From the human T2T-CHM13v2.0 reference genome, Homo sapiens: 64,000 bases of DNA. The notes under the pieces were generated by a model. That model saw only the letters and a list, made by a program, of their open reading frames with translations. It was not told the origin of the DNA and did not search any database. The DNA is taken from assembly GCF_009914755.1 (NCBI RefSeq), contig NC_060933.1. The stretch is one strand, 5' to 3'. Shown here piece by piece: positions 14,291-40,230 of this stretch. Position numbers and translations under genes: made by a program. Each line of letters starts with the position of its first letter. The stretch's first letter is position 1.

Positions 14291-15280
14291 GTTCACTGCA
14301 TTTAGATTACTTTCAAGAAGGTTCAGCTATCACTTAACCTCTCAAACCCTGAATTCTTCAGGAAAGGAACACATGGATACTGGACTTAACACCCTTAAGA
14401 ACTAGCATTGACATAGAGCAAGCAGTGTGAATGGGACCTTTGATGTACTTTGAGGGCTCTTCTGCAGTGTTGAATACATCTTATCAGATTTTTCCCTTAA
14501 TCACGTATAATATATCTTGCTTCATCTTAGGAGCTTTAGTTAATGAAAAAGGAGTTTCTAGAAGACACTGCGTTCCTCCTTTTAGCTGGTTATTTTGATA
14601 TTTATTTTGCTGGTTTTGGGCAGCTTGCTTTTATACTACTTTTTGATTCCCTTCATCCCCAGTTTAGGCTGTATCTATGGACTTAACCCCTTATAGTTAT
14701 AGGTAGCTACACTGTGGATATGCAAATATTATTCATAGCTGAGCCAAGGAGTAAAACCATTACTACTTTTTCTTTCCTGCATACTTCTGTTTTACACAAA
14801 AAATTTTTACCCAAAAATTGGTGTACTTATCATTAATTCTACTTCTAGATTAATGAATCTAGAATTCATTAATTCTACCAGTTGTCTAAATCTCCTTAAG
14901 ACATTCAGACTCATTGGAGATCCTGTTGGTTTCATCTCCTTATAGAACTTTCTTCTTGATCCTCTTAACTGCAGTCTAGGCTTATTGCCTTTTGTACCTA
15001 GTATGTAACTTCATTTTGAGATCTTCTTTCTTCATCAGCCTGGGGTGTCTTTTCTCTCTTGTTGTGATTGGATATCATTATTATCTTCTTGAGTAAAGTG
15101 CATGGGAGATAAAATGTTTTGAGGCTCTTAATATCTGAAAATGTCTTTATTCTGTCCTCCCACTTGACTGATATTATGTCTGGGTGCCTTTGAGAATTTT
15201 GCAGGCATTGTCCATTGATCTTTTGCTATTAAGAAATCTGATGACATTCTGATACATGTGAAAGTTATATGTCGATACCT

Positions 15281-17068
<1,788 letters not shown>

Positions 17069-17381
17069 TGATTACTGAAGTTCTAAGGAATCTTACGAGT
17101 CATCTAGTCTAACCTTTCATTTTACAGATGAGGAAACCAAGGCCGAGAGTGTTTGACTTGCTTCTAGATCTGTGGGGTGTTTTTAAGTTTGATGAAGCTA
17201 TTTGGTACCCACATTTACCCTAAATACATGATAGATTATTACAGCAGTTTCCAAACTTTTCGGTCTTAGGACCCCATTATACTTTTTAAAATTATAGTCT
17301 ATGTATGTATTACATATATATATGTGTTTATTATAATTTAAAACTAAGACATTTAAAAAATATCCATTTAAAAATGATGAT

Positions 17382-17848
<467 letters not shown>

Positions 17849-18190
17849 TCAGTCTGTTGCCACATGTTGTTTTGGTTGAAGTATCTGATGTAAATTTGGC
17901 CTCACCAAATATGTAGTTGAAAAATGGGGGAATCTTCAGATAATTTTGGATATTCCTCTTTGATACTCCAAAAGCTTGACAGGTGGTAGTTTCTTAAAGG
18001 TTAGTTGCAGTCTGGAATCTGAAACCCTGGTAATGGACTCTTTATGCTCTGTTACATTAAAATTCATTGCTCTTTCTTGAACTTTGAATGGCTCTTTAAT
18101 CCATGCCTGATTTTGTAACATGCACTGCCATTTGGAAAATATTGTTTTCCAAATATTGAATGTTCAATAAGTTATGCAGATCTTCCAAAA

Positions 18191-19149
<959 letters not shown>

Positions 19150-19240
19150 TGATATGCAGCAGAAGTGTTTGTCTGCTTCCCATTTTTTTCAAGTAGAATA
19201 TTTAAAAACTTATACAAGGTTGAAACTGAATAAGATTAAT

Positions 19241-19360
19241 CAGGGCTGGTACTAGGGTGAAGTGAGTGAGGTACCTTATGGTGCAAAATTTAAGAAGTCA
19301 AGAACTAAAAGTGAGTACATTTTGCCCTGTAGGTACCTCACTTACTGCACCTTGGCCCTG
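19241..19360. mobile_element. Short palindromic hAT MITE (MER96/MER91-like)
   Basis: CAGGGC...GCCCTG ends; internal inverted repeat GTGAGGTACCT/AGGTACCTCAC; TSD AGATTAAT/AGAGTAAT. Confidence 0.72.
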
Positions 19361-19399
19361 AGAGTAATAATTTTTACTGCTTTATCAAGGTTGTTTTTT

Positions 19400-21120
<1,721 letters not shown>

Positions 21121-21416
21121 ATCAAGGGCATTCTTAGATTGAAGAAAATTTTTGTCTTTTTTTAGCCGTAAGTGCATGGAAGTGAAGAGTACATGATTAG
21201 TTTAGCTTGGGGCCACTGTCTTGATTTGTGCTGAAGCTGCAGCAGTTTTGCCCTCCATTGCCTTTTTACCTTCCTATCATTGCTTTTGCATCATTAGTAC
21301 AGGTGTCAACACAATAAAAAAAGACAACGAATGTTTTGGTATGATTATCAAAGTAATTTTAACATGGCAAGTTCCTGGGTTCCCAGACCACTCTTCGAGA
21401 ATTGCTGGATTACTAG

Positions 21417-22188
<772 letters not shown>

Positions 22189-22220
22189 CCATCAATATTT
22201 AATCTACTTAGCATGTTATA

Positions 22221-22387
22221 GCAGTGATTTCTGACTTACCTGCATATTAAAATCATCTGGAGTGCTCTAAAACCACTGTATAGGTCCCAACTCTAGATTT
22301 CATTGGTTTGGGATGCTGCTTGGACTTTGGGATTTAGAAAGTTTCTCAGTTGACTCTAATATGCAGCCAAGGTTGAGGACCACTGCT
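22221..22387. mobile_element. MER5-like hAT element
   Basis: CTGCATATTAAAATCATCTGG...TCTAATATGCAGCCAAGGTTGAGGACCACTG. Confidence 0.72.
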
Positions 22388-22884
22388 TTATAGGGATTGA
22401 ACACTGTTTTGATTACCTGTTTACTCAAGTGTCTTCTACATGATTTAAACAAAATAGGATTTTAAAAAATGGTTTTGACACTGTTACTGGAACAAAAGGA
22501 AATTAGATTATGGTAACGTGGTTTAAAAACTTGAGAAGTAGCAGTCAGTTCTATGTAAAAGTTTACTTGGCGAAATATACTAGTGATTTTTAAAAATGGG
22601 GTTGGTAATTCTGATTGGAATATTATGGCCTGCGATGGGTCACTTATTCTCAAAAGTATTATTTTTTTCCTAAACCACTTGATTTATCGTATTCTTTTGT
22701 ATTTACACAAGTACTCACTGTATAGAATGCATTATATTAGTAATTGAGTAGAAATAAGTATTTCTTAGAAAATGAATTTTAAAGTAATACAAGCACATCT
22801 TTTCAGGTGCTAATGTCTTTTTTTTCTTAGAATTAAAAGTTAAATATAAATATGTTCAAAGGGTTTTTCTCTTTTTTTTTTTAG

Positions 22885-22918
22885 AATTAAAGTTGGGAGA
22901 ACTACTTCATGATAAGCT
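22885..22918 (+). CDS. NAA35: NAA35 exon 3 (34 nt)
   Basis: (E)LKLGELLHDK(L); acceptor T-run+AG, donor CT|GTAAGT; restores the frame between exons 2 and 4. Confidence 0.95.
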
Positions 22919-23278
22919 GTAAGTATTTATCCTTTGAAAATAGTGTAGTGTAATGTTTCAGTCTGTTTTTTTTTCCTCATGTGGAGTAATATTCCCTGAA
23001 GTTTGAGTAAATTTACGTTTCAAAATTGTGAAAATAAAACTAATTATAAATATATTTTTAACTGTGATGAGCTATTTTGGGGCAGCTGACCCTAGTTGTG
23101 ATGTGAAATGGTTATACCTAGGGAAACTGTAACTTATGGTCCTTTCCTTGAGAGCAGATGTAATGAATGTGGAATTTCTTGAATAAAAGATATCAGTTGT
23201 ATGTCATATGTGATAGGTTGCTTGATAACCAGAAATTGGGTGACTAAGTGCCTAGATAAAAGTAAATGAGAATCCCTG

Positions 23279-24160
23279 TGTCTTAGTCAGTTTAGTGTTG
23301 TTGTAGCTGAATACCTGAGACTGGGTAGTTTATAAAGAGATTTATTTGGCATACAATTCTGATGACTGGAAGGTTCAAGACTGGGCAACTGCGTCTAGTG
23401 AGAGCTTTAGGCTGCTTCAACTCATGGTGGAAAGCAGAAGGGGAGCAGTGGGGAGTGGCATGTGGTGCAAGGAGATCACATGGCAGAGGAGGACGCAAGA
23501 GAGAGAACCCGAGGAAGTCAGAGTCTTTAAAACAAACCACCCTCTTGGGTAGTATCGTTGACCCTTGAGCAACTTGGGGATTGGGGTGCCGACCCACCCC
23601 CTCACAGTCAAGAATCCACGTATAACCTTTGACTCCCCCAAAAGCTTAACTACTGGTAGCCTATCATTGACTGGAAGTCTTACCAATAACATAAACCATT
23701 GATTAACACATATTTTGTATGTCATATGTGCCATATACTGTATTCTTAGAATAAACTAGAGAAAAGAAAATGTAATGAAGAAAATCATAAGGAAGAGAAA
23801 ATATACTTACTGTTCATTAAGTGGATCATCATAAAGGTTTTCATGTTTGTCATATTCATGTTGAGTAGGCTGAGGAAGGAAGAGGAAGTTAGTCTTGCAG
23901 TCTCTGGTGGCACAGGTGCAAGAAAACCTTTGTCTAGGTGGACTCCTGCAATCCAAACACATGTTGTGAAAGGGTCAACTGTAATTCGTTCCTGGGAGAG
24001 CAAGAACTCACCTCCCTGGGAGGGCATTAATCTATTCATGGGGATTCTTCCCCATGCCCCAGACACTTCCCACTAGGCCTCACCTCCCAACACTGCCGCA
24101 TTGGGGATCAAGTTTTAACATGAATTTTGGTGGAGGCAAACCACATGCAAACAATAGCAC
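23279..24160. mobile_element. MaLR solo LTR (MST/MLT1A-like) split by a Tigger2-type element (23555-23981)
   Basis: TGTCTTAGTC...ATACCTGAGACTGGGTA MaLR end; insert has GTTGACCCTT/AAGGGTCAACTG inverted termini flanked by TA. Confidence 0.8.
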
Positions 24161-24464
24161 CTTGGAAAAACAAAATAAATGGAAATACTTGTTCGTCTTT
24201 ATATGCCCATATGTAGCCCCAGTTCCTATACTGCCATGGCCAGGCTCAATTTTCAAGGTTAGGAATATGAAACTTTTAATTAGTAAGTAGACAAGATTGG
24301 ACATTGTGGTTGCAGGGAAGGGGAAGTAGAATCTGAAATTCAGTTCTTCTCAGATTTGAGCGTGTGCCAGAATTGTCTGGAGGGCTTATTAAAGCGTAGA
24401 TTGCTGGGTCCTACCCCGAGAATTCTTTATTAGGTCTAGTGTGAGACCACAGACATCTTATATA

Positions 24465-24765
<301 letters not shown>

Positions 24766-24996
24766 GAAATCTTTTTCTTCCTCACAGTGCATGTGAAATA
24801 ATTTGAGTGGCAAGTACATGAAATAATTTCTGTGTCAGTCGACAGTTAATTGAAATAGAAGTGTTAGCAAGTTGAGAAGACTAAATGCATAGAATACTTT
24901 AGTTATTAAAAGTAGTATAATTTTATACCGTTGTGAAAATATGAATAAGCTTACTGGCTCAAAAACAATTTGTTGGCTCAATTTTTTTATTTGCAG

Positions 24997-25111
24997 ATTT
25001 GGTCTTTTTGAAGCCATGTCTGCTATTGAAATGATGGATCCCAAGATGGATGCTGGCATGATTGGAAACCAAGTTAATCGAAAAGTTCTCAATTTTGAAC
25101 AAGCTATCAAG
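24997..25111 (+). CDS. NAA35: NAA35 exon 4
   Basis: [38 protein letters not shown] (Mak10-family motif MSAIE..DPKMDAG); TTGCAG| and AAG|GTAGTT. Confidence 0.97.
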
Positions 25112-25619
25112 GTAGTTACCATTGTACTTTTTGTGTTTCCATTTATCTTTTGTTACTTCCTGTTAAAACATGGTGCTTAATAATGAAATGAAACGTTGTA
25201 TTAAAGTCTGTTTCCTTCAAAGCAGCTCAAGCATATAAACAAGAATTAGTTATAACCTTTGTATGTTAAAGTCTGAAAATTGAGGTCTTCATTAAAATCT
25301 TGCTCTAAATTTGTGCATTTGTGTACTTTTAAATTTAATTTTTGAAAGCATTTGACTATATATTCAAATAGGAAAATTGGCTTGGGGGTTAAATTTTGTG
25401 TATTAATATATTCATATATAAAAGTAAATTTACACAAGTAAAATACTTGTGGTAGTGAATTTAAAATTGCTTTAGAAATTCATTTATACTTGCCATAGAG
25501 TTTGATTTTACATATTTTATAAAGAAAGATTTACTAGGCAAATGGATATCGTAAACAAAATTTACAAATAGTATAGTTAACCAACTTAAGTGAAGCATTT
25601 TAAAAAATCTTTAGTTTTC

Positions 25620-25926
25620 GGCTGGGTGCGGTGGTTCATGCCTGTAATCCCAGCACTTTGGGAGGCCGAGGTGGGTGGATCACGAGGTCAGGAGATCAAG
25701 ACCATCTTGGCTAATACAGTGAAACCCCGTCTCTACTAAAAATACAAAAAATTAGCTGGGCGTGGTGGCAGGCGCCTGTAGTCCCAGCTAATCCGGAGGC
25801 TGAGGCAGGAGAATGGCGTGGACCCGGGAGGCGGAGCTTGCATTGAGCCGAGATCACGCCACCTGCACTCCAGCCTGGGCGACAGAGTGAGACTCTGTCT
25901 CAAAAAAAAAAAAACAAAAAAAAAAA
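25620..25926 (+). mobile_element. AluY-like element
   Basis: TSD-like AAA.CTTTAGTTTTC on both sides. Confidence 0.94.
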
Positions 25927-26317
25927 CTTTAGTTTTCTTTCTAAGTAGTTTTGGGTCATTAAAATGATTTATATTAATACTTAAAGCTGGTTTGAACTGT
26001 GCTTTTAAAATACTTGTTGATTTGGCTTTTCATTTTATATAAAGGCCTTTATTTTGATATTTCTTGTTGAAGACCTAAGATATATTGTTTTTACAATTAT
26101 TATTTGTCAATTAAAAATAAAATTTATAAGAAGATATATTGTTTTTAAGAGTACAGAGTTAATTTGGTGTGATAGTTTTATCAGATGATAAGATAGCATT
26201 TTCTTAGAATTGCTGTTTTTAAATATTGAATGTTAGAAATCCAAAATGCTACTATACATAGTAACCATAAGTTTAAAAAAATTTCTGCTTATATGTCACA
26301 TTCTTCCTCCTTTTTAG

Positions 26318-26392
26318 GATGGCACTATTAAAATTAAAGATCTCACCTTGCCTGAACTGATAGGGATTATGGATACATGTTTTTGCTGTTTG
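26318..26392 (+). CDS. NAA35: NAA35 exon 5
   Basis: [25 protein letters not shown]; TTTTTAG| and TTG|GTAAGA. Confidence 0.97.
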
Positions 26393-28537
26393 GTAAGAAT
26401 GGAAATAAGACTATTGGTTAATTTTAAAACTGTGACTTACCTGAATCTTGTGATTTAAAAGCCTATACACTAATGTTGAGTATGAAATAAATGTAATACT
26501 TGCCCTAGTAAAGATGTGCATAAGATTAACAGGCCTAGTAATAGCATTTCATCTTGTTATCTACTTGATTTTACATTCTAATTTTCTGGGTGAAGGGATA
26601 TTTTCTTTTCAATGAAGATAATATTATAGCCGTGGTTCATAATACCCTTTTCGTTCTCAAGTTACTCAAGTGATAAGTCTGTAATTGGAAGGTTTCATAA
26701 ATAAGCATGGAATTGAAACAAAAGAGAGCTATTATGCAATGGCTTTGGAGAGATTTTTTCTAATCTAGGATAAATTGTAGTAAACTGGCCATCTCCTGTG
26801 AAGAAAATTTTTTTAGTGATTTGTATATGCTGAATTATGTCTTCCCTAGAAAGTACTGTTTGTCGAGAAATTCTCATTTCTACTGCTTCCCCCCCGCCCC
26901 ACTTTCTGACCATCCCTTTCTTTTTATATTGACATTAAATCATTTTCCTTAGAAATATGTAAAATTTATTCATTTGTTCATTCAGCATTTATTGATTGCT
27001 AGTGTGTGTACTTGTATTAGGTGTTTTATATGTATAGTTTTCACTTATGTTTTACATGAGCTTTATTAGATATCTGTATTATCTTACTGCCTGTGATTAC
27101 ATTGCTTGGGAGGGGCCTAGCCAGAATCTTAATCCTGATCCTTCATCTTCCAAAGCTGTCTCTTTACCCCCTCAAAGATTTCTTTATTACCTTTTAGCAG
27201 TTTACAGTCCTAGTGGGTGGAGTAAAGAAAGGAGTCAAAGGATTGCTGGGAACAGACATGTGAATAAACAATTCTGACAACATGTAAATGCTTTTATGAC
27301 GGTGCCGTGGGAACAGAGAGGAGGAGTTAATTATGTCTGAGAGAGTAAGAAAGGCTGTAGAAAGGAATTAATACTGGTGTGAGGTACTAAAGAATGGTAG
27401 GCGTATGACAGGAAGATTCATGGTTTAGTAGGCAAAGAGGGTATATTGCATGGGCATGACAATGTGAAAATGTTCATTTTGGAAAATCATAAATAGCTGC
27501 TTAAGTCTGGCAGGGAGCCAAGTAGGAGGAGTGTGGGATTAGTGGAGAGTGGTGGAGAAGGAGGAAAGGATAAACAGAGGGAGGATTTTTGCCAAAGTTG
27601 AGGAACTATTCTGTGAGACTCTTGGGACTGTATTTAAAAATTTGGACTTTAAAAGGCAGATGGTTTTTAGTCTGGAAAGTCTGTCTTCTGCACACTAGTT
27701 AATACCAAATACACACCTTAATTACAGAGTTTTCCACAAACATTTGTCATTTTGCAATGCAGTAGCGTATGTCTTACTCTACTGCAGAATTCTTGGGCTT
27801 AAGGTAAAAATAACTATAAACTTGGGCAAATGATTTAAACTCTTACTCTGTTTCTTTACATATAAAAGGAGAAAAATACCACCTTTCTCAAAGTGCTAGG
27901 AAAAAAATGAGATAAGATATTTGAAAATAACCTAGTATAATATTTGAGACACAGTACTTACCCAATTTTGCCTATTGTTGGTATTCCCAACCTCTAGTAC
28001 ATGGTGCCAGACATATAGTGGTCACTTAGTAAAATAGTATAAAACAATTATCTTAGTGTTTTAGAAAGATCTCTAGTTGGGGGTATTAAATTAGAGATGG
28101 GAGGCAGGAAAACCTATCTAGTTTCTTGAAATAATCTAGGTGAGATACGGTGTTGGCTGGGTTGTGGTGGTAAGGATTATAAAGTTCAATGAGTGTCTAA
28201 GGATCTGGTTAGTTCTATAATTGTGAATTTTCCAGTTTATGGATTTTTTTATTGACTACATTGTGGAGTTGATTTCTTTTGGATGCTACATAAAGAGGCA
28301 GTCTTAATTTCATTAATCTCTAATATGTTGCAAACTGATTTATGTACGACAATGATTCCCATAGACACTTGAAAAATGTTAGTCAATGAAAGTGAATTCT
28401 AACGTGTCTTTTTTTTTTAAGTCTTGTGATTAATCTTATTTGGGTCTATGGTGCTCTGGCCTTTGACTCTAGGATCAATTTAGACTTTGCAGACTCAGTT
28501 TATCACCTTAAATATATACTCTTTTGTTTCTTTATAG

Positions 28538-29069
<532 letters not shown>

Positions 29070-29792
29070 CTACCTTATTCACTGTGATGTATTTAAATGA
29101 TTTTGTGATATGTACTTTCGTCTACGTGTATATTTAAAAACAGTTTTTAAAAGTAATGCTGTTGCCATTTACAGATATATTGGGTAAAGTAATTCAGTTC
29201 TCTCCAAGAAAGGGCTTTCATCTTAGCATATGTTCTTTCTGTAGTACCATTCATTGAATATCCGTATGTGCAGAGTGCTGTTTTTGGATGTTGTGGGGAT
29301 TCCCAGAGAAAAATGAAAGAGACAGCCCTTGTCCTCAAGTCTCTTAGAAGTTATAATACAAAAAGGGAGCTAAGGAGAACAAAGATATGAATATTTTAGG
29401 GTATAGACATTTTCCTTTAGTTTGTCCTAAGTACCTCACCTGAGGAAGTATTGTGAGTTTTAGAGATAGAAAGATTTTTTTCCCCTTTAGTATAAAAAAT
29501 AAGCTTTCAGACGCTGATAATTTTCAGGGAATTGCATCTCAACCTAGGACTACAAAAAAAAGAATTGTAAGGGAAAATGTGATAGCATTTGAAATTATTG
29601 ATAACTATTTTTGTTAAATTCTTCTGTTGAAACTGATATTTCTTTTTAGTGCTGTTACTGCTCCAGAATAAATTTCCTAGGATCCAACAGTGGTTCAGTG
29701 TATAATATGTAAAACTTTTCTCAATTTATACTATGTATGTGAGAATAATTAAATGTATACCCAATATGTTTGTCCATATTTGAAGGTATGGC

Positions 29793-30095
<303 letters not shown>

Positions 30096-30269
30096 TGTAT
30101 GGCTTTGTGAGTTGTTTGAAATAGTGTCTACTTTTTATACAGTTGGTGGTTATTTACATATTTGTATTGATATGGGTATCATTATGGAAAATCTTACTCA
30201 TTTGGATGGAATTTTAAAAAGATTAGTTTGAGTTAGAGATATACAGATTATTTTAAATACTAGTATTTT

Positions 30270-31870
30270 CAAAGTACAACTAAAAGGCCATCAAAATCAA
30301 TGGGGCAGAGAGAGGATTCCTTGAACAACAGTGTGTGAACAAGGTGATTAGCACCCTTGAAAGTTACTTTATCATCATTTCATATCAAAATTTCAGATAG
30401 CTGAAATGTGTTAAGTATAAAAAATTACTTAAAAATCAGGAGAAGATAGTTCACAGAAAATAAAATGGCCTTTAAATGTAAGGTGCTTAACCTCATTTTA
30501 ATGCAAATTAAAACTGAAATGTCATGTTTTTAGCCATTGTTGGCAAAGATTAGAAATTTTTTATAACAAGATTGTTGAGGATGGGAAAACAGGCACTCAA
30601 ATACTCTATGTGTGTGTCAATGAATATGAGCAGTCATTATTTCCCACTTCTTAGTCTTTTTTTTTTTTTTTTTTAGAACTTCTTATTGGGGAATAATTTC
30701 AGATTAACAGCAATTATGGGAACCAGCACAAAGAACATATGATTCGTATGCAGATTCAGCTACTATTAACATACTGTCCCATTTGCTTTTTTCACTTATG
30801 CGCGTGCTCCTGCTCATGCTCTCTCTCATGTATATATGTATGTATGTCTTTTCCTGACCTGTTAGTAAGTTGTGCCCATTAAAGCCTTCTTCGCTGTGAC
30901 ACTTTAGTGTGTTTCTTCGAAGAAAAAGGGCACTGTCCTGCAGAACCACAACACAATTATCAACTTCAACAAATCTGTAATAACAATGCACTATTCAGAT
31001 TCCATTTTTGTTAATTGACCCAATCCTTAGTGTTTTTTCCCTACAATACAGGATCCAGTTTAGAATTATGTCCTGCATTTAATTGCGTATCTCTATAGTA
31101 TTCTTTAAGCCACATCAGATCCTCAGCTTTTCTTTGTCTCTGGTGACATTGATATTTTTGTGAACACAACCTTATCCTGCTTTTCATTTCTTAATAGGCT
31201 ATGCTTCACTTGGGTTTATCTGTTCTTTCCTTACGATTAGATTAAGATTGTGCAATCTTGGCTGGAATATAACATAAGTGATGTGTGTTTTTCAGGGTGT
31301 CACAACTGGAGGTACACTGTCTGTCTTTCAATGGCGATATTATTTTGATCAATCCATGAAGATTTTGTCTTATTACCATATGGTTACTGTTTTTTTCCCT
31401 TTGTATTTAAGCAATCTTGGGATACACTTTAAGACCATAAAAATATCCTACTGACTGAAGTCTCTCCCCTTAGATCAAATATCCATTGACGGTGCTTGCC
31501 TGGACTAATGTTTACTGTGATGGTTGCAAAATTTGTATTTTTTTATTCTAGTTCATTTTCCACATTGATCAGTCAGCACTTGACATCCTACTCTAAGCAA
31601 GACTCATACTTTTTTGATGGGAGTGTAAATTCTTAACGACTTCAGAAAAGAGCAATGTGGTGATATCTATCATAATCTAAAATGCACGTCTTGACTCAGC
31701 AGTTTCACTTCTAGCACTCTATCCTACAAATGTATTTGTACACAAAGACCTGTGTACAAGGATATTACTTACAGAATTGTTTGTAGTAACTAGTTTGGAA
31801 ACCACCTCAGTATCCATCAGTAGGAGACTAATTAAAAGATGTTACATTCATACAATCAAGTGCTTTGCTG
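30270..31870. mobile_element. Old L1 (L1ME/L1MC) fragments in both orientations
   Basis: ATGCAAATTAAAAC...TTGGCAAAGATT and GACTCAGCAGTTTCACTTCTAG (+); antisense L1MC-like block ~30660-31610. Confidence 0.65.
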
Positions 31871-31872
31871 CT

Positions 31873-32768
31873 GGCCAGGCATGGTGGCTCATGCCTATTA
31901 ATCCCAGCACTTTGGAAGGATGAAGTGGGCGGATGGCTTGAGCTGAGGAGTTCGAGGCCAGCCTAGGCAACATATCCAGACCCTGTCTCTACAAAAAATA
32001 CAAAAATTAGCTGGGTGTGGTGCTGTGTGCCTGTAGTCTCAGCTACTAGAGAGGCTGAGGTTGGAGGATCACCTGAGCCTGGGGAGGTCAAGGCTGCAGT
32101 GAGCTGTGATTGTGCTATTTTACTCCAGTTTGTGTGCAGAGTGAGACCCTGTCTCAAAAAAAGGGTATTTTACTGCCTTTAAGATGGAGGTCAATTAAAA
32201 AAAAATTGGAAAAAAAATGAGATTGATTTATGTGTAGAGATAAGATTAGATTTCTAAAGTGAGAAAAGTCGGGTGTAGTAAAGCATGTATATAGCTTGCT
32301 ACCACTTTTTTCTTTTTTAAAAAGGGAGGTAGCTAAATCTTCATACATAAGAGGATAACAGGTTTTAAGGGCTGGGGTATACACTTGTTTGCACTGTTGG
32401 GATTTTTAGGGTGTGTCTGCATTATTTTGTTTTTAAATAAAGTAAGTTTTTTAGTAACAGAAGAAATTGTAATTGAATTTTATTTCTAGGGGGTTCCACT
32501 TTGTTACCCAGGCTGGAGTGCAGCGGCATGATCGTAGCTCACTGGTAGCCTTGAACTCCTATGCTCCAGCGATACTTTGTCTCAAGCCTCCCGAGTAGCT
32601 AAGACTGCAGATGTGTTCCACCACACGTGGCTAATTTTTAATTTTTTTTGTAAAGACTGGGTTTTGCTTTGTTTGCCAGGCTGGTCTCAAACTGCAATGC
32701 TCAAGTGATCTTCCCACCCCAGCCTCCCAAAGTGCTGGAATTATAGCTGTGAGCCACCACACCTGACC
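31873..32768. mobile_element. AluJ-like elements: 31873-32162 (+) and ~32478-32768 (-)
   Basis: Diverged Alu consensus. Confidence 0.9.
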
Positions 32769-33327
32769 TGTAATTGAACATCCATTTATATTCTGGATGA
32801 AGGTCTTACTAGGAAATGGGAGAAATCTTAAAGGAAGAGACTAATAGGACAAGAGTGATAGAAAAACTTTTAGGAAAAATAAAGATACAAAGATAAGACA
32901 ATTTTTATGAATTATGATCGTGTTCAAATAAAGTACAACACTCAGGCCCAAATGAATAAATGGGCAATAAAATAAGTTGCTTATTTTATGAAGGAAGGTT
33001 ATCGAATGTTTATAACACCTTTAAAATTTAGCTTCACTATAATCCAGGAAATACAAATGAAAATGTAGTTTGATTTTTTCTTTCTTTCTTTTTTTTTTAA
33101 CCTCACCCACCTCTTGATCTCAGATTTCGCGGCTCCTAGAACTGATTGATTTTCATGAATATAATTTTAAAAATGAAAATGTTCAATGTTGGAAGGAATG
33201 CAGTAAGTTGACACTTCTGTTTTTACTAGTATACATTAGCACAGCTGTCTTGGCAAACAGTTTAATAATGTGTATATCAAGAATCTTAAAAATACTGATA
33301 TCATTTAAACTAGTTATTTCACCTCTA

Positions 33328-33683
<356 letters not shown>

Positions 33684-34053
33684 AGGAAGTAATTAGAAAT
33701 GTGGGTACTTTATGCCACATAGGGTTATGGTTGAAATAAATTATGGATAATTGATTACACATAATTTATTATGTATATTGAGTATGTAGTTATTAACATG
33801 ATGAAAGAGTGCTTAATAACATGGAGAAATGCATATGTCAAAAGGTTAAAAAAAGCAGCATTGTAGCCAACTGTGTAAAAATAAAACTGGAAAGAGAAAA
33901 CCAGAAGTTTGCTTCTGGGCCAAAAGATTCTGTTTTCTTCGTTTTGCTAAATTTTTCAGATTTTCCAGATAAGTTTGTCTTAGTCTTATAATTAGAAAAA
34001 AATACGAATCTAGTAAAGTCCTCAAGAGACCTAGTGATGAATAAGAATGATTT

Positions 34054-34356
<303 letters not shown>

Positions 34357-34772
34357 TTATTGATTTAAATTGGATATTTCTGGAGTTCCTAGCTGCTGGT
34401 GTATTTTGTTCTCAGGCGTGTCTCCTGATCTGGAGACGTTTTCTGATTTCTTTCTTAACATCTTGCTCACATGCCCAAAATAGGAACCCTATCAAACTAC
34501 TTTTCTTTTGGCATTCTGTATCTTGCAATATCATACTGCCAGTGTTATCTTTGATTACCTCTTTCTTCTTACCCCTTACGTTCGGATTATTTTGCTTTGG
34601 CTTGCAGATGCCTTGAATCGGGGCACTGTTTTTTCTCTCACCCTTTCTGCTTTAGTTCGTCAACCTTAGGTTTGGCTTCCTTGGAGTTTCTGAACTCTTC
34701 TCTCTGGTCCAGTATTTTCTTTCTAGTTCATTCTCCATGTGACCAGCAGTTATCTTCCTAAAAATAGGTATC

Positions 34773-35038
34773 CTGTCACCCAGGCTGGAGTTCAGTGGCG
34801 CTATCTCGGCTCACTGCAAGCTCCGCTTCCCGGGTTCACGCCATTCTCCTGCCTCAGCCTCCTGAGTAGCTGGGACTACAGGCACCCACCACCACACCTG
34901 GCTAATTTTTTGTATTTTTAGTAGAGATGGGGTTTCACTGTGTTAGCCAGGATGGTCTCGATCTCCTGACCTCGTGATCTGCCCACCTCGGGCCTCTCAA
35001 AGTGCTGGAATTACAAGTGTGAGCCACCGTGCCCGGCC
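34773..35038 (-). mobile_element. Tailless AluY-like sequence, inverted near-copy of the 34054 element
   Basis: Shares private variants with the 34054 Alu; no poly(T) and no TSD. Confidence 0.9.
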
Positions 35039-35929
35039 AAATTTGTTATGTGAAAATTTAAGTGGGGTGTGTGTGTATGTACATTTTAATAAAAGTACTA
35101 ATACTTGTATGTAGTTTAAAAAGTTAAATAGCCCACTTATGAGGAAAAATAGTTCTCTGCTCTTTTTTTTTTACTGTTCCATATTATCTCCATATATCTG
35201 GATATAACCTAATATTCTAACTTCTGGATTTAAGGATTTACTAACTTTAGCTTTGATATGTTAGATTAGATCAGAATATATCATATATTACCTCTGCCCT
35301 TGCCCCAACTAGTAATCTAAAAGCTGGTTAAATCATTATGGAGCATCAATGTTGTTGTGATTGTATAAATATTAATGAGAGGTGAACCAAAGTAGTATAT
35401 GCTTATATTTCCCTTCTCATACAAAATTTTGTTTTTCTTATATGTGATAATTGTCTCTCTTTTTGATTTGCTTAGTTTTCTATGTACTTCTCCCCAGTTC
35501 TTTTGCCCTCTATTGTGAAACCTATCAGATAATCTGTCAGTTGTATATATTTTTTTGAAAATGCTCCTCTTGAAGTCTTGTTCTCCAGCTTCAGTCTGCA
35601 TCACTGTGTGCTATGCCCACTACACAGCTGTGTCATTCTAGTTTTTTGTTCTCTGTTCTCCAGGAATTTCATTGTTTTGTTAGGTCCCTTGTTATCTGGC
35701 CCACATGCCTTTATTATTCTTAGTTTATTGTTTTGCTTGGTGGAATATTTCCAGTTCTTCAGAGAGACAAGAAGGTAGATTTTGAGACCTGGTATGTCAA
35801 AAAAAAAAAAAAAAAAGTCTTCCCTATCCTCACACTTATTTGGTAAGTTGCTATTTACCATATAAATAGAAGTAGTCTTCCTACCTGCCAAAATGTGCCC
35901 TATATTCTGTTGCTTTTCTGTTATATAGA

Positions 35930-40230
<4,301 letters not shown>

